Below the pieces are notes generated by a model. It was not told the origin of the DNA. It ran no database searches and saw only the letters and a list, made by a program, of their open reading frames with translations. Below are positions 36,438 to 46,845 of a stretch of DNA of 64,000 nucleotides, one piece after another (position 1 is the stretch's first letter; each line of letters begins with the position of its first letter). The translations under genes were made by a program, and so were the position numbers. Source of the stretch: an uncultured Collinsella sp. (GTDB lineage Bacteria > Actinomycetota > Coriobacteriia > Coriobacteriales > Coriobacteriaceae); NCBI GenBank assembly GCA_902491765.1, contig CABUIY010000007.1, positions 5,204 through 69,203 on the forward strand, given 5' to 3'.

Positions 36438-37733
36438 CTACAGGTGGTCGGCGATATAGCCCAAAGCGACGGCGGTATAGGCCGCAGCACCGAGCGGCAG
36501 CTCGGCATCGTTAAAACGTGCCTTGGGATGGTGCTGGGCAAAATGCTCGTCCGTATCGGTCACAGCTGCGCCCACGGTAAAGTACGCACTCGGGATCTCG
36601 CTCGAGATCAGCGCGAAGTCCTCGCTCGCCATGGCGTGGAACAGCGGCAGGAAGGCGGCCTTGGGCAGCACCACGCCCACGTAGCCAAGCGACGCCTGGG
36701 TCATGTCGTCATCGAGTACGAGCGGGGGAACATCCGAAAGCGTCTCGATGGTCGCCGACGTACGATATGTTGCAGCAACGCCGTTTACGACCTCCGCGAT
36801 GCGGGTCTTTAGGTGAGCCATGAGCTCAACATCAAAGCCGCGCAGCGTTCCCTCGAGCACGCAGGTGTCAGGGATGACGTTGGCCGCCGAGCCGCCAGCA
36901 AACTTACCAACGGTAAGCGCGACCTCCTTAGCCGCCGGCACTTCGCGAGCGATAAGCTCCTGAAGCGCCAGATGCACATGCACGCCGGCCGTGATGGGGT
37001 CGATGCAAATCTCGGGGCTCGAGCCATGGCCGCCCTTGCCCTGAAGCGTGATACGAAAACCGTACACGCCCGAGAGCGCCGGGCTGCCGTAGAGCACCAG
37101 GCCGAGCGGCGACTGGCTATTGACATGCATGGCAAAGGCGACCTGAGGACGCGGGTTCTGCAGCAGACCGTCGGCGATGGCGGCGCGGGCACCCTCAAAG
37201 GTTTCCTCGCCCGGCTGGAACAGCAGTTTGACGGTGGCATTGGCGTCGACGAGCTCGGCCTCGCGGGCCTTGAGCAGGCGAGCCGCACCAAGCAGCGCCG
37301 TCGCGTGCATATCGTGACCGCAAGCGTGCATGCAGCCGTTGGTGGATGCAAAGGGCTCGCCGGATTCCTCGGCAACGGGCAGGGCGTCCATGTCGCCACG
37401 AAGCATGATGACCGTACCGGCCTGCTCATTCGTGCAGATGCCATTGCCTTGGGCCGCGGCGGCACCGGCGCCGACAAGGCCCACAACGCAGGAACCATCG
37501 ACGAGCGTAGCAAATGGGATGTCCATCTCGGTCAGGCGCGCTTGGATATACGTAGAGGTCTGCGGGAGGCTATTACCCAGCTCGGGCATCTGATGTAAAT
37601 CGTGTCGCCACGCAGCGAGCTCGTCTGCAAAAGCCTGAGCTTCTGCAACAAGACCGTCACCGATAGCGGTCTGCGCCGCCGCGGTGGCCTTGGGCGCTGA
37701 TTGCGGTTGAAGATCGGACAGTGCTGGTGCCAT
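36438..37733 (-). CDS. M20-family amidohydrolase / N-acyl-amino-acid amidohydrolase-like metallopeptidase
   Basis: The motifs LRGDMDALP, MHACGHDMH and LLFQPGEE are typical of the M20D amidohydrolase family. The start is at MAPALS after GGAGGG. Confidence 0.85.
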   Translation of the reverse strand: MAPALSDLQPQSAPKATAAAQTAIGDGLVAEAQAFADELAAWRHDLHQMPELGNSLPQTSTYIQARLTEMDIPFATLVDGSCVVGLVGAGAAAAQGNGICTNEQAGTVIMLRGDMDALPVAEESGEPFASTNGCMHACGHDMHATALLGAARLLKAREAELVDANATVKLLFQPGEETFEGARAAIADGLLQNPRPQVAFAMHVNSQSPLGLVLYGSPALSGVYGFRITLQGKGGHGSSPEICIDPITAGVHVHLALQELIAREVPAAKEVALTVGKFAGGSAANVIPDTCVLEGTLRGFDVELMAHLKTRIAEVVNGVAATYRTSATIETLSDVPPLVLDDDMTQASLGYVGVVLPKAAFLPLFHAMASEDFALISSEIPSAYFTVGAAVTDTDEHFAQHHPKARFNDAELPLGAAAYTAVALGYIADHL

Positions 37734-37848
37734 AGATGCCCTCCAGTAACGTTTTTGCAGCAAGCACTTTGATAGCGTAAAGTGCAAGGTACTACTTTAA
37801 GGGCGACGCATAAAAAATGCCGCCCCGGGAGGCGGCGCAACAAATTGT

Positions 37849-38832
37849 TTACAATTGCGGACGCGGCTTTCGACGCAAAAAATCGAAATGCGTCTCGCTC
37901 AAGATAATCGAAAGAAAGATGAGCGCGAAGCCGGCGAGCAGGCGCGAGGTGAGCGCCTCCCCCATCAGCAGCACCGAGAACAGCACACCCGAAGGCGACT
38001 CCATCGAAAGGAGCAGCGAGCCCGTCGAGGCCGGGACGTGCGCCAAGCCGACGTTTTGGATGAGCAGCGCCACGCACGTGCAGCCCACCGAGAGGAAGGC
38101 CATCACGCCGATAAAGCTCGGCGTCCACACGGACAGCGGCGCTTGGGTCTCGAATAACAGCGACGAGATCAGGCTCAGCACGCCGTTGCCCACAAACATC
38201 CAAAACGTGATGACGTTGATGTCCATCTTGCGGCCATACTTGGCGGTCACCGCCATCTGGATGGCAAAGAAGACCGCACCGCCCAGTGTGATGACATCGC
38301 CGACATTGAACTCGACGCTATCGAGCGCCACCAGACCAATGCCCGCCAGGCACAGCAACGCGGCGCCCAAGTTGTAACGGGTAAGCTTTTCGCCGCTTAG
38401 GACGTAGCTCGCAAACGGCACGAGGATGCAATAGGTACCCGTCAAAAATGCACTCTTGCCCGCCGTGGTCTGTGCCAGGCCAATTGTCTGCAAACCGTAC
38501 GCGCCCCACATAAGTGCGCCCATACCAAGTCCGACGATAAGGTTGCGGGCATTAAAGTGCGCGATGATGCGTTTGTGGAAGATGGCGAACATAACCAGCG
38601 AAGCCGGAAGAAAACGAATATAGAGCAGTTCGAACACCGGAATGGTGTCGAGCGCATCTTTCATGGTGGTAAAGGAATAGCCCCAGATGACCGCCACCGA
38701 TAGCAGCAAGACCTTCCAGAAGAACGGGGAACGCGCGCCGGCGCCGCGGGAGGTGCCGCCGGCGCCCAGGTCCTCCCGTGCGACAGGGCTATCGGGCATG
38801 TTTTCGATTTCGTTGGCAGCGTATTGGGCCAT
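37849..38832 (-). CDS. EamA/DMT-family transporter
   Basis: 327 aa with about 10 TM helices and a duplicated EamA architecture. Confidence 0.8.
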   Translation of the reverse strand: MAQYAANEIENMPDSPVAREDLGAGGTSRGAGARSPFFWKVLLLSVAVIWGYSFTTMKDALDTIPVFELLYIRFLPASLVMFAIFHKRIIAHFNARNLIVGLGMGALMWGAYGLQTIGLAQTTAGKSAFLTGTYCILVPFASYVLSGEKLTRYNLGAALLCLAGIGLVALDSVEFNVGDVITLGGAVFFAIQMAVTAKYGRKMDINVITFWMFVGNGVLSLISSLLFETQAPLSVWTPSFIGVMAFLSVGCTCVALLIQNVGLAHVPASTGSLLLSMESPSGVLFSVLLMGEALTSRLLAGFALIFLSIILSETHFDFLRRKPRPQL

Positions 38833-38994
38833 GGAACATCCTCACACTCAATCTGGGCGTGGTGTCCGCACGCGTATGGCTGCGTGCCGCCTCATGGTCA
38901 AATAAAAACGGGGCGCACCGGACCCCCGGCACGCCCCGCTACTGTAGCAACAACCGGCGTTGCATCGCAATCCAGCCCACTAAAGCGTTTTGTT

Positions 38995-39016
38995 CCGCCG
39001 TTCTACCGAACGGCGG
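38995..39016. repeat. Short GC hairpin CCGCCGTTC-N4-GAACGGCGG (copy 1)
   Basis: The same stem recurs at 44541-44562 with a different loop. Confidence 0.7.
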
Positions 39017-39171
39017 ACCGGCCGACGCTGCGCGAGCCGCATTCACACCAATCTGACGTTCAATTTCAAGGGCGCGACCAGAAGGTCAGCGCCCTTTCAT
39101 TTCACGTCACCTTGGCGCAAATGCGGCTCGCTCGCTGACATTGCCGCAGTATCAGCGTTTACATTGTTGCG

Positions 39172-41361
39172 CTAGATTAATTTAGTACTCTCCAGCTTTT
39201 CGATAATCCAGTCGTTGGCCTTGATGACCGGACGGCGGAAGACGACGCCCAGTGCCAGCGACGGAATCAGATAGCTCGCCAGAATGCCCAGCTCAACCCA
39301 GTACTCCATATGGTAGGCGCCAGCCATGGCGGCATGCATGGCGTTAATGCCATGGGTAAACGGCAGGAACGGATAGATCGCCTGGAACACAGGGCCGGTC
39401 ATCTCGATGGGGAACGTACCGCCCGAACCGCCGACCTGCATGACCAGCAGCACAACGGCCAAAGCCTTGCCGATATCGCCAAACGACACCGTAAGCGTGT
39501 AGACGATATTGGAGAACACGAGACTCGCGACCCAGCCCGCCAGCACAAACTGCAGCGGGTCGTCGCACTGGATGCCAAAGAACAGGATGTCGCCCGCGCA
39601 CACGAGCGTTGCCTGCAGCAGGGCCAGACCGCCAAAGAACAGGTAGCGGCCCAGGTAGATCTCGTGCAGGCGCACGGGGATGAGCTCGTTGATAAGCTCA
39701 TCGTCAACCGAGACCTTCATCATGGCCGCCAGTACGATTGAGCCGACCCAGAGCGACAAAATCGTGTAGAACGGCGCCATGGCCGAACCGTAGTTGCGGA
39801 TCGGATAGACCGGCTTGCGGTCGAGCGCGACGGGACCGGAAAGCGACACGGCCAGACCCTCGGGATCATTGCCGATCATCGTCTTGATCGTAGCGAGGTC
39901 ATCTGACATCAAGGCACCGTCGAGCTCGTCCTTAAACGCGCTGATCTTGTCCGACGCTTCGCCCAACTGATCGGAAGCCTTGTTGACCAGCTTTGCAGCC
40001 TTGGAGAGGCCCTTTGCCAGCGAACCGGATGCGTCGGTCAGGCCGTCTACGGCGCTATCCAGATTGCCCGAGATACCATCGAGCGAGTCTAGGATGCCCG
40101 AGACGGTCTTCTTGAGCTCCTTGGCCTTAACCGAGAACGTGGAATCGTAATCGGATTTGGCGCCCGCGATGCCGGCCTTGGCATCGGCGATGGCCTGATC
40201 GACCTCGGCACGCGAGTTGTTGACCTCGGCCATGCTATCGGAGAGAGACTTCGCGGTGGCCGCCAGATCCTTGGCATTGCTGCGGTACTCAACGGCGATT
40301 CTGCCCAGCGACGTCGCGGCGGACTTGAGGCCGTCCTTCAAATTCTCATCGCTCACCTGGTCGGCAAGGCTGCGGAGCTGATCGGCCATCGCATCGATAT
40401 CCTTGGCGCGCGCATTAAGAGCCGCAGCGGCATCGTTGAGTTGGGACACCGTAAGGTCGACATGCTGGTTCGCGGTGTCGAACGCCTTCGCGAGCTCGGC
40501 AGACACATTGTCGAACGAACCCGCACTTCCATCGATTGCGGCATCGATGGCATCGTTTGCCGCCTTAAGCGCTTCTTTGGAATCATCGATGCCGCTTTTG
40601 GCATGTTCCATGAGCTGCTTTGTCGACTCATCGACGGCACCGGTCTGCTTGAGCATGCCGCTCGCCGACGTCAGCGAATCGGACGTGGAGCTCAAAATGC
40701 CCGCCAGCGACGAAGCATTTGCCTGAACGTCTCGCAGGTCCTCAATCGAATCGCCAAGCGTCGAGGACAGGTTGGCGATAAAGTTGCTGACCTGGTCGGT
40801 GCTCATGTAATCGAGCAGGCTGGACACCGTCTTAAGACCGATGCTCGTAATGGTCTCGGTAAAGGTCTCGTTAACCTGGCTCTGAACGGCACTCGAACCC
40901 TTCTCGGTCACGATCTGCGCAATGGCGTTGGCCTTCTGGTTCTCGTAAAACTCGATATCGGCGTGTTTCACGTCGGTCGAGAAAAGCGTCATCATGTCAG
41001 CGCTAAACGTTTTGGGGATAACGACGGCAGCATAGTACGCGCCCGACTTAACGCCCTCGATAGCCTTTTCGCGATTGTTGAGCACAACCCAATCGAAGCT
41101 CTCGTTGCCGCGTAGGGTGGCGGTCACGTTTTCGCCCACGTTAACCTCGACGGGGATCAAATCGCTCTCGTAACCCTCATCGGTGTTGACCACGGCGATC
41201 TTAAGATTGCCGGTGTTGCCGTACGGATCCCAGCTGCCGGCGATGTTAAACCACGCGTACAGACACGGTACGATAATGAGGCCCATCACGACAACCAAGC
41301 CGATCACGGAGCGAGACACGTTTTGGACATCGCGCTTAAACAGATGCAGGATGTTCTTCAT
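39172..41361 (-). CDS. YhgE/Pip-domain membrane protein
   Basis: 729 aa. An N-terminal TM helix is followed by a long Ala/Ser/Asp-rich helical ectodomain and a C-terminal ABC-2-like 5-TM bundle. Confidence 0.8.
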   Translation of the reverse strand: MKNILHLFKRDVQNVSRSVIGLVVVMGLIIVPCLYAWFNIAGSWDPYGNTGNLKIAVVNTDEGYESDLIPVEVNVGENVTATLRGNESFDWVVLNNREKAIEGVKSGAYYAAVVIPKTFSADMMTLFSTDVKHADIEFYENQKANAIAQIVTEKGSSAVQSQVNETFTETITSIGLKTVSSLLDYMSTDQVSNFIANLSSTLGDSIEDLRDVQANASSLAGILSSTSDSLTSASGMLKQTGAVDESTKQLMEHAKSGIDDSKEALKAANDAIDAAIDGSAGSFDNVSAELAKAFDTANQHVDLTVSQLNDAAAALNARAKDIDAMADQLRSLADQVSDENLKDGLKSAATSLGRIAVEYRSNAKDLAATAKSLSDSMAEVNNSRAEVDQAIADAKAGIAGAKSDYDSTFSVKAKELKKTVSGILDSLDGISGNLDSAVDGLTDASGSLAKGLSKAAKLVNKASDQLGEASDKISAFKDELDGALMSDDLATIKTMIGNDPEGLAVSLSGPVALDRKPVYPIRNYGSAMAPFYTILSLWVGSIVLAAMMKVSVDDELINELIPVRLHEIYLGRYLFFGGLALLQATLVCAGDILFFGIQCDDPLQFVLAGWVASLVFSNIVYTLTVSFGDIGKALAVVLLVMQVGGSGGTFPIEMTGPVFQAIYPFLPFTHGINAMHAAMAGAYHMEYWVELGILASYLIPSLALGVVFRRPVIKANDWIIEKLESTKLI

Positions 41362-44178
41362 TTATGCCTCACCTCCTTTGGAGTGCTTGCCAAGCGCGGT
41401 GGTATCTCCATCATTTGTGGCTGTGCTGTCGCTGCCCTGAGATTTATGGTGCGAACCGATATGCGGCAAGCGGCCCGTGGACTGATCGCCGCCCTTGGCG
41501 CCACGCTCGCTGGCGTTGAGGCCAAACATGTGGCGGGCGGCAGGAATGGCGGCCGTGTGTTCGCGCATCTCGCGACGCAGGTCCTCATCCGAAAGCGCCG
41601 AGATGCGCATCTGGGTATTGAGGCTCGCTCGGATATATTCGATATTGATAAGCCAGCCGCAGATAGCAATAACCGAGATGATCCAAATGACAAGCAGGAT
41701 GATCTTGCCGTTATTGTCGATATCGAGAACCGTCGACAGGACAAAGAGCAGGACCTGAACGCCCACCACGGCGGCAAAACCGCCCTTGATGTAGTACGGG
41801 TAGCGATGTTCAAAGGCGACCGCATGATCGAGCAGTTCGCGACGGTACGAATCGGAATCGAGCATGACGCGCATGGCCGTGCGCAGCGAGTAGCGCTGGC
41901 GCGGCAGGTCGTTGGACTCGCAAATCATCATACCGGTCGTGGAGAGCTGTTTATCAAAGAGCAGGTTGAGGTTGAGCAGCAGCGGACGCAGCTGCAAGCC
42001 AATAAAGAGTGCGATGGCAAGGAACACGCCCAAGATGCACAGGTTGAACAGGTAGTTGAACGAGTACATGCCGCCGACCGTCTCGCGCAGCAGATTGATG
42101 CCGTAGGTAAAGGGCAGCAGCGGGTGCAGCCACTGGAAGAAGCCGGGCATCATCTCGATGGGGTACATGCCCGACGAACCCGGGATCTGCACGATGACGA
42201 GAATGACGCCGATAGCCTTGCCGATATGCTTAAACGTGGTGGACAGCGCATAGATGATATTGACGTAGGTGAACGAAATGGCGATGCCGCCCAGCACGAA
42301 CAGCAGCGGGCTGACGCACTGCACGCCAATCACCAGATCGCCTACCGTAACGATGATGGCCTGCAACGCGCCCAGGATCACCAGGAGCAACCAGCGGCCA
42401 AAGTAGCCCTGACGCGCGGTAAAGCTGCCGATGCCTTCGCGATCGACCTCGAGCTTGTAGATGGCGATAAGCACGTAGCCGCCCACCCAAAGCGCCAGGT
42501 TGGTATAGAACGGGGCAATGCCCGAGCCGAAGCTCTTAACCGGATAGATCGACTTGGACGCGAGCTCAACCGGAGATGCCATGAAGTCTGCGACGTCATT
42601 GACGTCGACGCCCATCAGGTCGGCCAGCTCGCCCATGGACTCGGAGGTCTGTAGCGCCGCGATGTCGTTGGCGGCGGTTGCGAGCTTGTCCTGGACCTTG
42701 GCAAGCGAGGAATCGGTCTGGGACAGCGTGGTCTTGGCCTGGCCGAGCGTAGCGTTAAGCTGCGAAAGCGTACCGCGCGCGCTTGCAATCGTGGGCGTGA
42801 GGCCAGATACGATACCCGTCAAATCACCCGAGACGGCGGCAAAGGAATCAAGCGCGCTCGAGGCCTTCGGCAGCGCGTTTTGACCCAGGTCCGTCTGGGC
42901 CTGGCCAAGGTTGGTCGCACCGGTCTGAATTGCGTTATTGATAGCGTCGCTGGCACCCGAGACAGCCGCGGCGTCATTCGCCATGGCGCTCGACTGCGCA
43001 GACAGACCGTCCTTGATGCTCTGAAGCTTTTCATTCTGCTCTCGAAGCAAATCGATGGTCGATACAATGCGCGCGTCAATTTCCTCGGAACCTGTCGACG
43101 TGTCATTGGCGAGAATCTCTAAGTGCCCGATAACGGCCTTATTGTGGTCGATCGTCGCTTGGAGAGACTCGAGCGAGTTGTCGATACGGGTGGTCGTAGA
43201 TGTGACCGTACCCGTCAGCTTGCCGATGGCAGCGTTCGCGGAGGCCGACGTCTTGGTAAGCGCAAGGCTGCCTTCCGAGAGCGCCTTGGAGAGCGAGGCG
43301 ATAGAGTTGCCCGCCGTGGTGCGAGCTTCGCCCAGCAGGTCGTTACCCTGAGAGATCGCCTGCGTCAGTGACGGCGCCTGACCCTGCAGGCCGGCAAGTG
43401 CCGCATCGGCCGAGGCGATGGCGCCACTCGTCTTATCGATGGCGGCATTCATGTCGCCAATCGAATCGCGCACCTCGCCCAAGGTATCGGATGCCTCGGA
43501 GACAGAACTTGCCAACGAATCCTGAGTCTGGGTTGCCTTGTCCTTTAAATCGACTCCGGCATCCTTGGCAATACTGGCAACGGTCTCGCCCACCGTGGAG
43601 ACAAATTCCGAGTTGATCTGCTTCTCGATGGTACTTGCACCGGTGTCGGTAACCTTGGGTGCAATGGCGCTCTTCTTCTCATTGACGTAGTACGTAAGCT
43701 TGGGCTGATGGTAGTTGCCGTCGAGCATCGAAACCAGGTTATCCGAGAAGTTCTTGGGGATTACGATGGCCGCATAGTACTCACCACTCTCGACGCCCTC
43801 CTTGGCATCGGCCGCCGAATCGACGAAGGTCCAGCCCAGCTGATCGTTCTCCTTGAGCTGATCGACGACCTGATCGCCCGCGTTGAGATCGCCCACCAAG
43901 TCGTTTTGGGTGCCCCGATCGTTGTTGGCGATGGCAATCTTGATACCCTGGGTATTTCCGTACGGATCCCAGTTGGCCACGATGTTGTACCAGGCATACA
44001 GCGAGGGAATAACGCACACGCCAAGGGTAACCACCAAGGCGACGGGGTTCACAAGCAGTCGCTTAATGTCGCGCTTAAAGATCGCAAAGGACACCTTTGC
44101 ATTGGATAGTTTGCTGCCGAGACTCACGCTTGGACCATCCATCCTGTCGTTAAATCGAATCGTACTATCGACAACCAT
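41362..44178 (-). CDS. YhgE/Pip-domain membrane protein (longer paralog with a cytoplasmic C-terminal tail)
   Basis: 938 aa with the same architecture. Its stop codon abuts the start of the downstream paralog. The start is uncertain (44178 or MDGPSV). Confidence 0.8.
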   Translation of the reverse strand: MVVDSTIRFNDRMDGPSVSLGSKLSNAKVSFAIFKRDIKRLLVNPVALVVTLGVCVIPSLYAWYNIVANWDPYGNTQGIKIAIANNDRGTQNDLVGDLNAGDQVVDQLKENDQLGWTFVDSAADAKEGVESGEYYAAIVIPKNFSDNLVSMLDGNYHQPKLTYYVNEKKSAIAPKVTDTGASTIEKQINSEFVSTVGETVASIAKDAGVDLKDKATQTQDSLASSVSEASDTLGEVRDSIGDMNAAIDKTSGAIASADAALAGLQGQAPSLTQAISQGNDLLGEARTTAGNSIASLSKALSEGSLALTKTSASANAAIGKLTGTVTSTTTRIDNSLESLQATIDHNKAVIGHLEILANDTSTGSEEIDARIVSTIDLLREQNEKLQSIKDGLSAQSSAMANDAAAVSGASDAINNAIQTGATNLGQAQTDLGQNALPKASSALDSFAAVSGDLTGIVSGLTPTIASARGTLSQLNATLGQAKTTLSQTDSSLAKVQDKLATAANDIAALQTSESMGELADLMGVDVNDVADFMASPVELASKSIYPVKSFGSGIAPFYTNLALWVGGYVLIAIYKLEVDREGIGSFTARQGYFGRWLLLVILGALQAIIVTVGDLVIGVQCVSPLLFVLGGIAISFTYVNIIYALSTTFKHIGKAIGVILVIVQIPGSSGMYPIEMMPGFFQWLHPLLPFTYGINLLRETVGGMYSFNYLFNLCILGVFLAIALFIGLQLRPLLLNLNLLFDKQLSTTGMMICESNDLPRQRYSLRTAMRVMLDSDSYRRELLDHAVAFEHRYPYYIKGGFAAVVGVQVLLFVLSTVLDIDNNGKIILLVIWIISVIAICGWLINIEYIRASLNTQMRISALSDEDLRREMREHTAAIPAARHMFGLNASERGAKGGDQSTGRLPHIGSHHKSQGSDSTATNDGDTTALGKHSKGGEA

Positions 44179-44328
44179 TGTAGTAGGCGCTTTAACGTCT
44201 CAAAGCACAATGGTGTTGAGTTTTGCGGGTAGCAATATACTACGAAGATGAGTTAACGTACAGATGTACAGTATCCTAAATTTCAGCAGGTCACAAAACC
44301 ACAACCCGCACAAATTAGCAATTCAAAT

Positions 44329-44382
44329 AGTCATCGGGGACGTTCTTAAGCGACTAGTCAAACAAGAACGTCCCCGATGACT
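44329..44382. repeat. 19-bp perfect-stem hairpin
   Basis: AGTCATCGGGGACGTTCTT (44329-44347) pairs with AAGAACGTCCCCGATGACT (44364-44382). Confidence 0.8.
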
Positions 44383-44425
44383 ACTTAGGACCACGGCAAC
44401 GTCGATGTTTTGGCAATGCCAGCGA

Positions 44426-44525
44426 GCGGGCGCCAGAGCGAACAAATTGGCATGAAAAGAGGACGGCATAGACCTTCTGGTCATGCCGTCCTCTTTGAAT
44501 GACAAGTTGTCGCTCTGGCGCCCGC
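44426..44525. repeat. Nested double hairpin
   Basis: The outer stem is GCGGGCGCCAGAGCGA (44426-44441) / TCGCTCTGGCGCCCGC (44510-44525). The inner stem is AAAGAGGACGGCAT (44456-44469) / ATGCCGTCCTCTTT (44483-44496). Confidence 0.8.
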
Positions 44526-44540
44526 GCAGCGTCGACTGGT

Positions 44541-44562
44541 CCGCCGTTCGTTAGAACGGCGG
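44541..44562. repeat. Short GC hairpin CCGCCGTTC-N4-GAACGGCGG (copy 2)
   Basis: Same stem as 38995-39016. Confidence 0.7.
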
Positions 44563-44584
44563 AACTGAGGGCAGCGTCGAGCCG

Positions 44585-44610
44585 TTACGCGGTTTGGTAA
44601 AACCGCGTAA
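44585..44610 (-). terminator. Hairpin 9 nt downstream of the htpG stop
   Basis: TTACGCGGTTT ggta AAACCGCGTAA. No clear T-run follows it. Confidence 0.45.
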
Positions 44611-44618
44611 ATACCTAA

Positions 44619-46643
44619 CTACATCAAGTTGCAAACAGTTGCTGCGAAGGCAACGGGGTCCTCGGGCAGAATGCCCTCGACCAGCAGGGCCTGGTCATAG
44701 AGCAAACCGGAGTACTGCTTGATCTTGTCGGCGTCGCCCGCCTTCTGAGCGGCGACGAGCTTGGAAAAGACCGGGTGCTTGGCGTTGAGCTCGAGCACGC
44801 GCTGGCTCTTGGGCATACCGTCGGGCGCGCCCTCGGGACCCTTCTGGAGCACCTTCTCCATCTCGAGCGAAAGTGGGCCCTCGGTGGTGATGCAAGCGGG
44901 GGCATCGGTCAGGCGCGCAGAGACGGCAACTTTCTCGACCTTGTCACCGAGCGCCTCCTTCATAGCGCTAAAGAGGTCCTCGTTTTCCTTGGTGGCGTCC
45001 TCGGCCTCCTTCTTCTCGTCCTCGGTCGCCAGGTCAAGGTCACCGGTCGCGACGTTCTTGAGCTCCAGATGACGATCCTCGACCTCGGGCTCGGCACCGT
45101 CGGCCACAGCCTTCTCGGCGGCCTCGCGGGCAGCATCGTCCTCGTAGATCTTGGGCATATCGGCGGCAACGTACTCACGCATAGCCTGGAACGTGAACTC
45201 ATCCACATCCTGCGTCAGTAGCAGCACGTCATAGCCGCGGTCGAGCACGCCCTTTACCACGGGCATCTTGGCCAAGCGCTCACGCGAGTCGCCGGCGGCG
45301 TAGTAGATGGCCTTCTGATCCTCGGGCATGCCCTTGGCATACTCGGCCAGGGTAATCATCTTCTGTTCCTTGGCAGACCAGAACAGCAACAGATCGGCGA
45401 GCTCATCGGCCTTCATGCCATAGCTCGAGTAGATGCCGTACTTAAGACCGCGGCCAAAGTTCTCAAAGAACTTCTCGTAGGCCTCGCGGTCGTTGTCACG
45501 CATATCCTCAAGGTCGGCGGTAATCTTCTTTTCCACGCGCTTGGCGATGGCCTTAAGCTGACGGTTCTGCTGCAACGTCTCACGCGAGATGTTGAGCGAC
45601 ACGTCAGCAGAATCCACGACGCCGCGAACAAAGTTGTAGTAGTCGGGCAGCAGGTCGTCGCACTTCTCCATAATCAGCACGTTGGAGCTGTAGAGCGCCA
45701 GGCCCTTCTCGTAGTCCTTGCTGTACAGATCGAACGGCGCGCGGTCCGGCACAAACAGCAGGGCGTCATACTCGAGCGTGCCCTCGGCATGGAAGCTGAT
45801 GGTGCGCGCAGGATCGTCAAAGTCGTGGAACGTGGACTTGTAGAACTCGTCGTAGTCCTTCTGCTCGACATCGGAGCTGCGCTTTTTCCAGATCGGCGTC
45901 ATGGAGTTGATGGTCTCGAGCTCCTGGTAGTCCTCGTACTCGGGCTTGTAATCATCCGGCGCGTCCTCGGGCTTGGGCTTCTGGCGGCTCTTGGACACCA
46001 TCATCTGAATCGGATAGCGCACATAGTTGCTGTACTGCTGAATCAGGCTCTTGAGGCCCCACTCGGTCAGGAAGCGATCGTAGGTCTCGGCCTCGCCGTC
46101 GGCGTCGAGCTTCTCGTTCTCACGCAGCGTCAGAATGACATCGGTACCGTGCTCGGCGCGCTCGCCGTCCTCGATGGTATACCCCTCAAGACCATCAGAC
46201 TCCCACACGTGAGCGGTGTCCTCGCCATAGGCGCGGCTGACGACCTTCACATGGCTGGCGACCATAAAAGCCGAGTAGAAGCCCACGCCAAACTGGCCGA
46301 TGATGTCGACATCCGAACCCTGCTGCTCGGCGTTCTCGGTCTTAAACTCCTCGGAGCCGGAATGGGCGATGGTGCCCAGATTGCGCTCGAGCTCCTCGGC
46401 GGTCATGCCAATGCCGTTATCCGAGATGGTAATGGTGCGGGCGTCTTTATCAAAGGAGACGCGAATGGCCAGGTCGCCCTGGTCGATCTTGACGCTCGGG
46501 TCCTGCAGGCTCTTAAAGTTGAGCTTGTCGACGGCGTCGCTCGCGTTAGAGATAAGCTCGCGCAGGAAGATTTCTTTATTGGTGTAGATGGAGTTGATCA
46601 TGAGGTCGAGCAGTTTTTTGCTCTCGGTCTTAAATTGACGCAT
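44619..46643 (-). CDS. htpG: Molecular chaperone HtpG (Hsp90)
   Basis: 674 aa with the N-terminal GHKL ATPase motifs LINSIYTNKEIFLRELISNASDA and ISDNGIGM. Confidence 0.95.
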   Translation of the reverse strand: MRQFKTESKKLLDLMINSIYTNKEIFLRELISNASDAVDKLNFKSLQDPSVKIDQGDLAIRVSFDKDARTITISDNGIGMTAEELERNLGTIAHSGSEEFKTENAEQQGSDVDIIGQFGVGFYSAFMVASHVKVVSRAYGEDTAHVWESDGLEGYTIEDGERAEHGTDVILTLRENEKLDADGEAETYDRFLTEWGLKSLIQQYSNYVRYPIQMMVSKSRQKPKPEDAPDDYKPEYEDYQELETINSMTPIWKKRSSDVEQKDYDEFYKSTFHDFDDPARTISFHAEGTLEYDALLFVPDRAPFDLYSKDYEKGLALYSSNVLIMEKCDDLLPDYYNFVRGVVDSADVSLNISRETLQQNRQLKAIAKRVEKKITADLEDMRDNDREAYEKFFENFGRGLKYGIYSSYGMKADELADLLLFWSAKEQKMITLAEYAKGMPEDQKAIYYAAGDSRERLAKMPVVKGVLDRGYDVLLLTQDVDEFTFQAMREYVAADMPKIYEDDAAREAAEKAVADGAEPEVEDRHLELKNVATGDLDLATEDEKKEAEDATKENEDLFSAMKEALGDKVEKVAVSARLTDAPACITTEGPLSLEMEKVLQKGPEGAPDGMPKSQRVLELNAKHPVFSKLVAAQKAGDADKIKQYSGLLYDQALLVEGILPEDPVAFAATVCNLM

Positions 46644-46845
46644 GTGCAGTCCTTTCGCGCTACCCCCGTCCGCAAAAACGGCCCGGTCGCCCGAGCCGCA
46701 TCGCAGACCTGCTATGTTCAGACTTAGATTTTATAACCCATTAGCGCGCATATATACATACGGAATCGAAAAACTGTATGTCTAAGCGCTCCGATGCGCC
46801 AATTGCCAAGGAGTGTCCCCAACTGCCGGCAGAAAAGGAACGTCC

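Noticed and set aside
46644-46845. CIRCE (HrcA) or HAIR (HspR) heat-shock operator upstream of htpG.
   Set aside because: Only weak resemblances are present (TTAGCGCGC..., ACATAC-N14-GTATGT). Neither TTAGCACTC-N9-GAGTGCTAA nor CTTGAGT-N7-ACTCAAG occurs.
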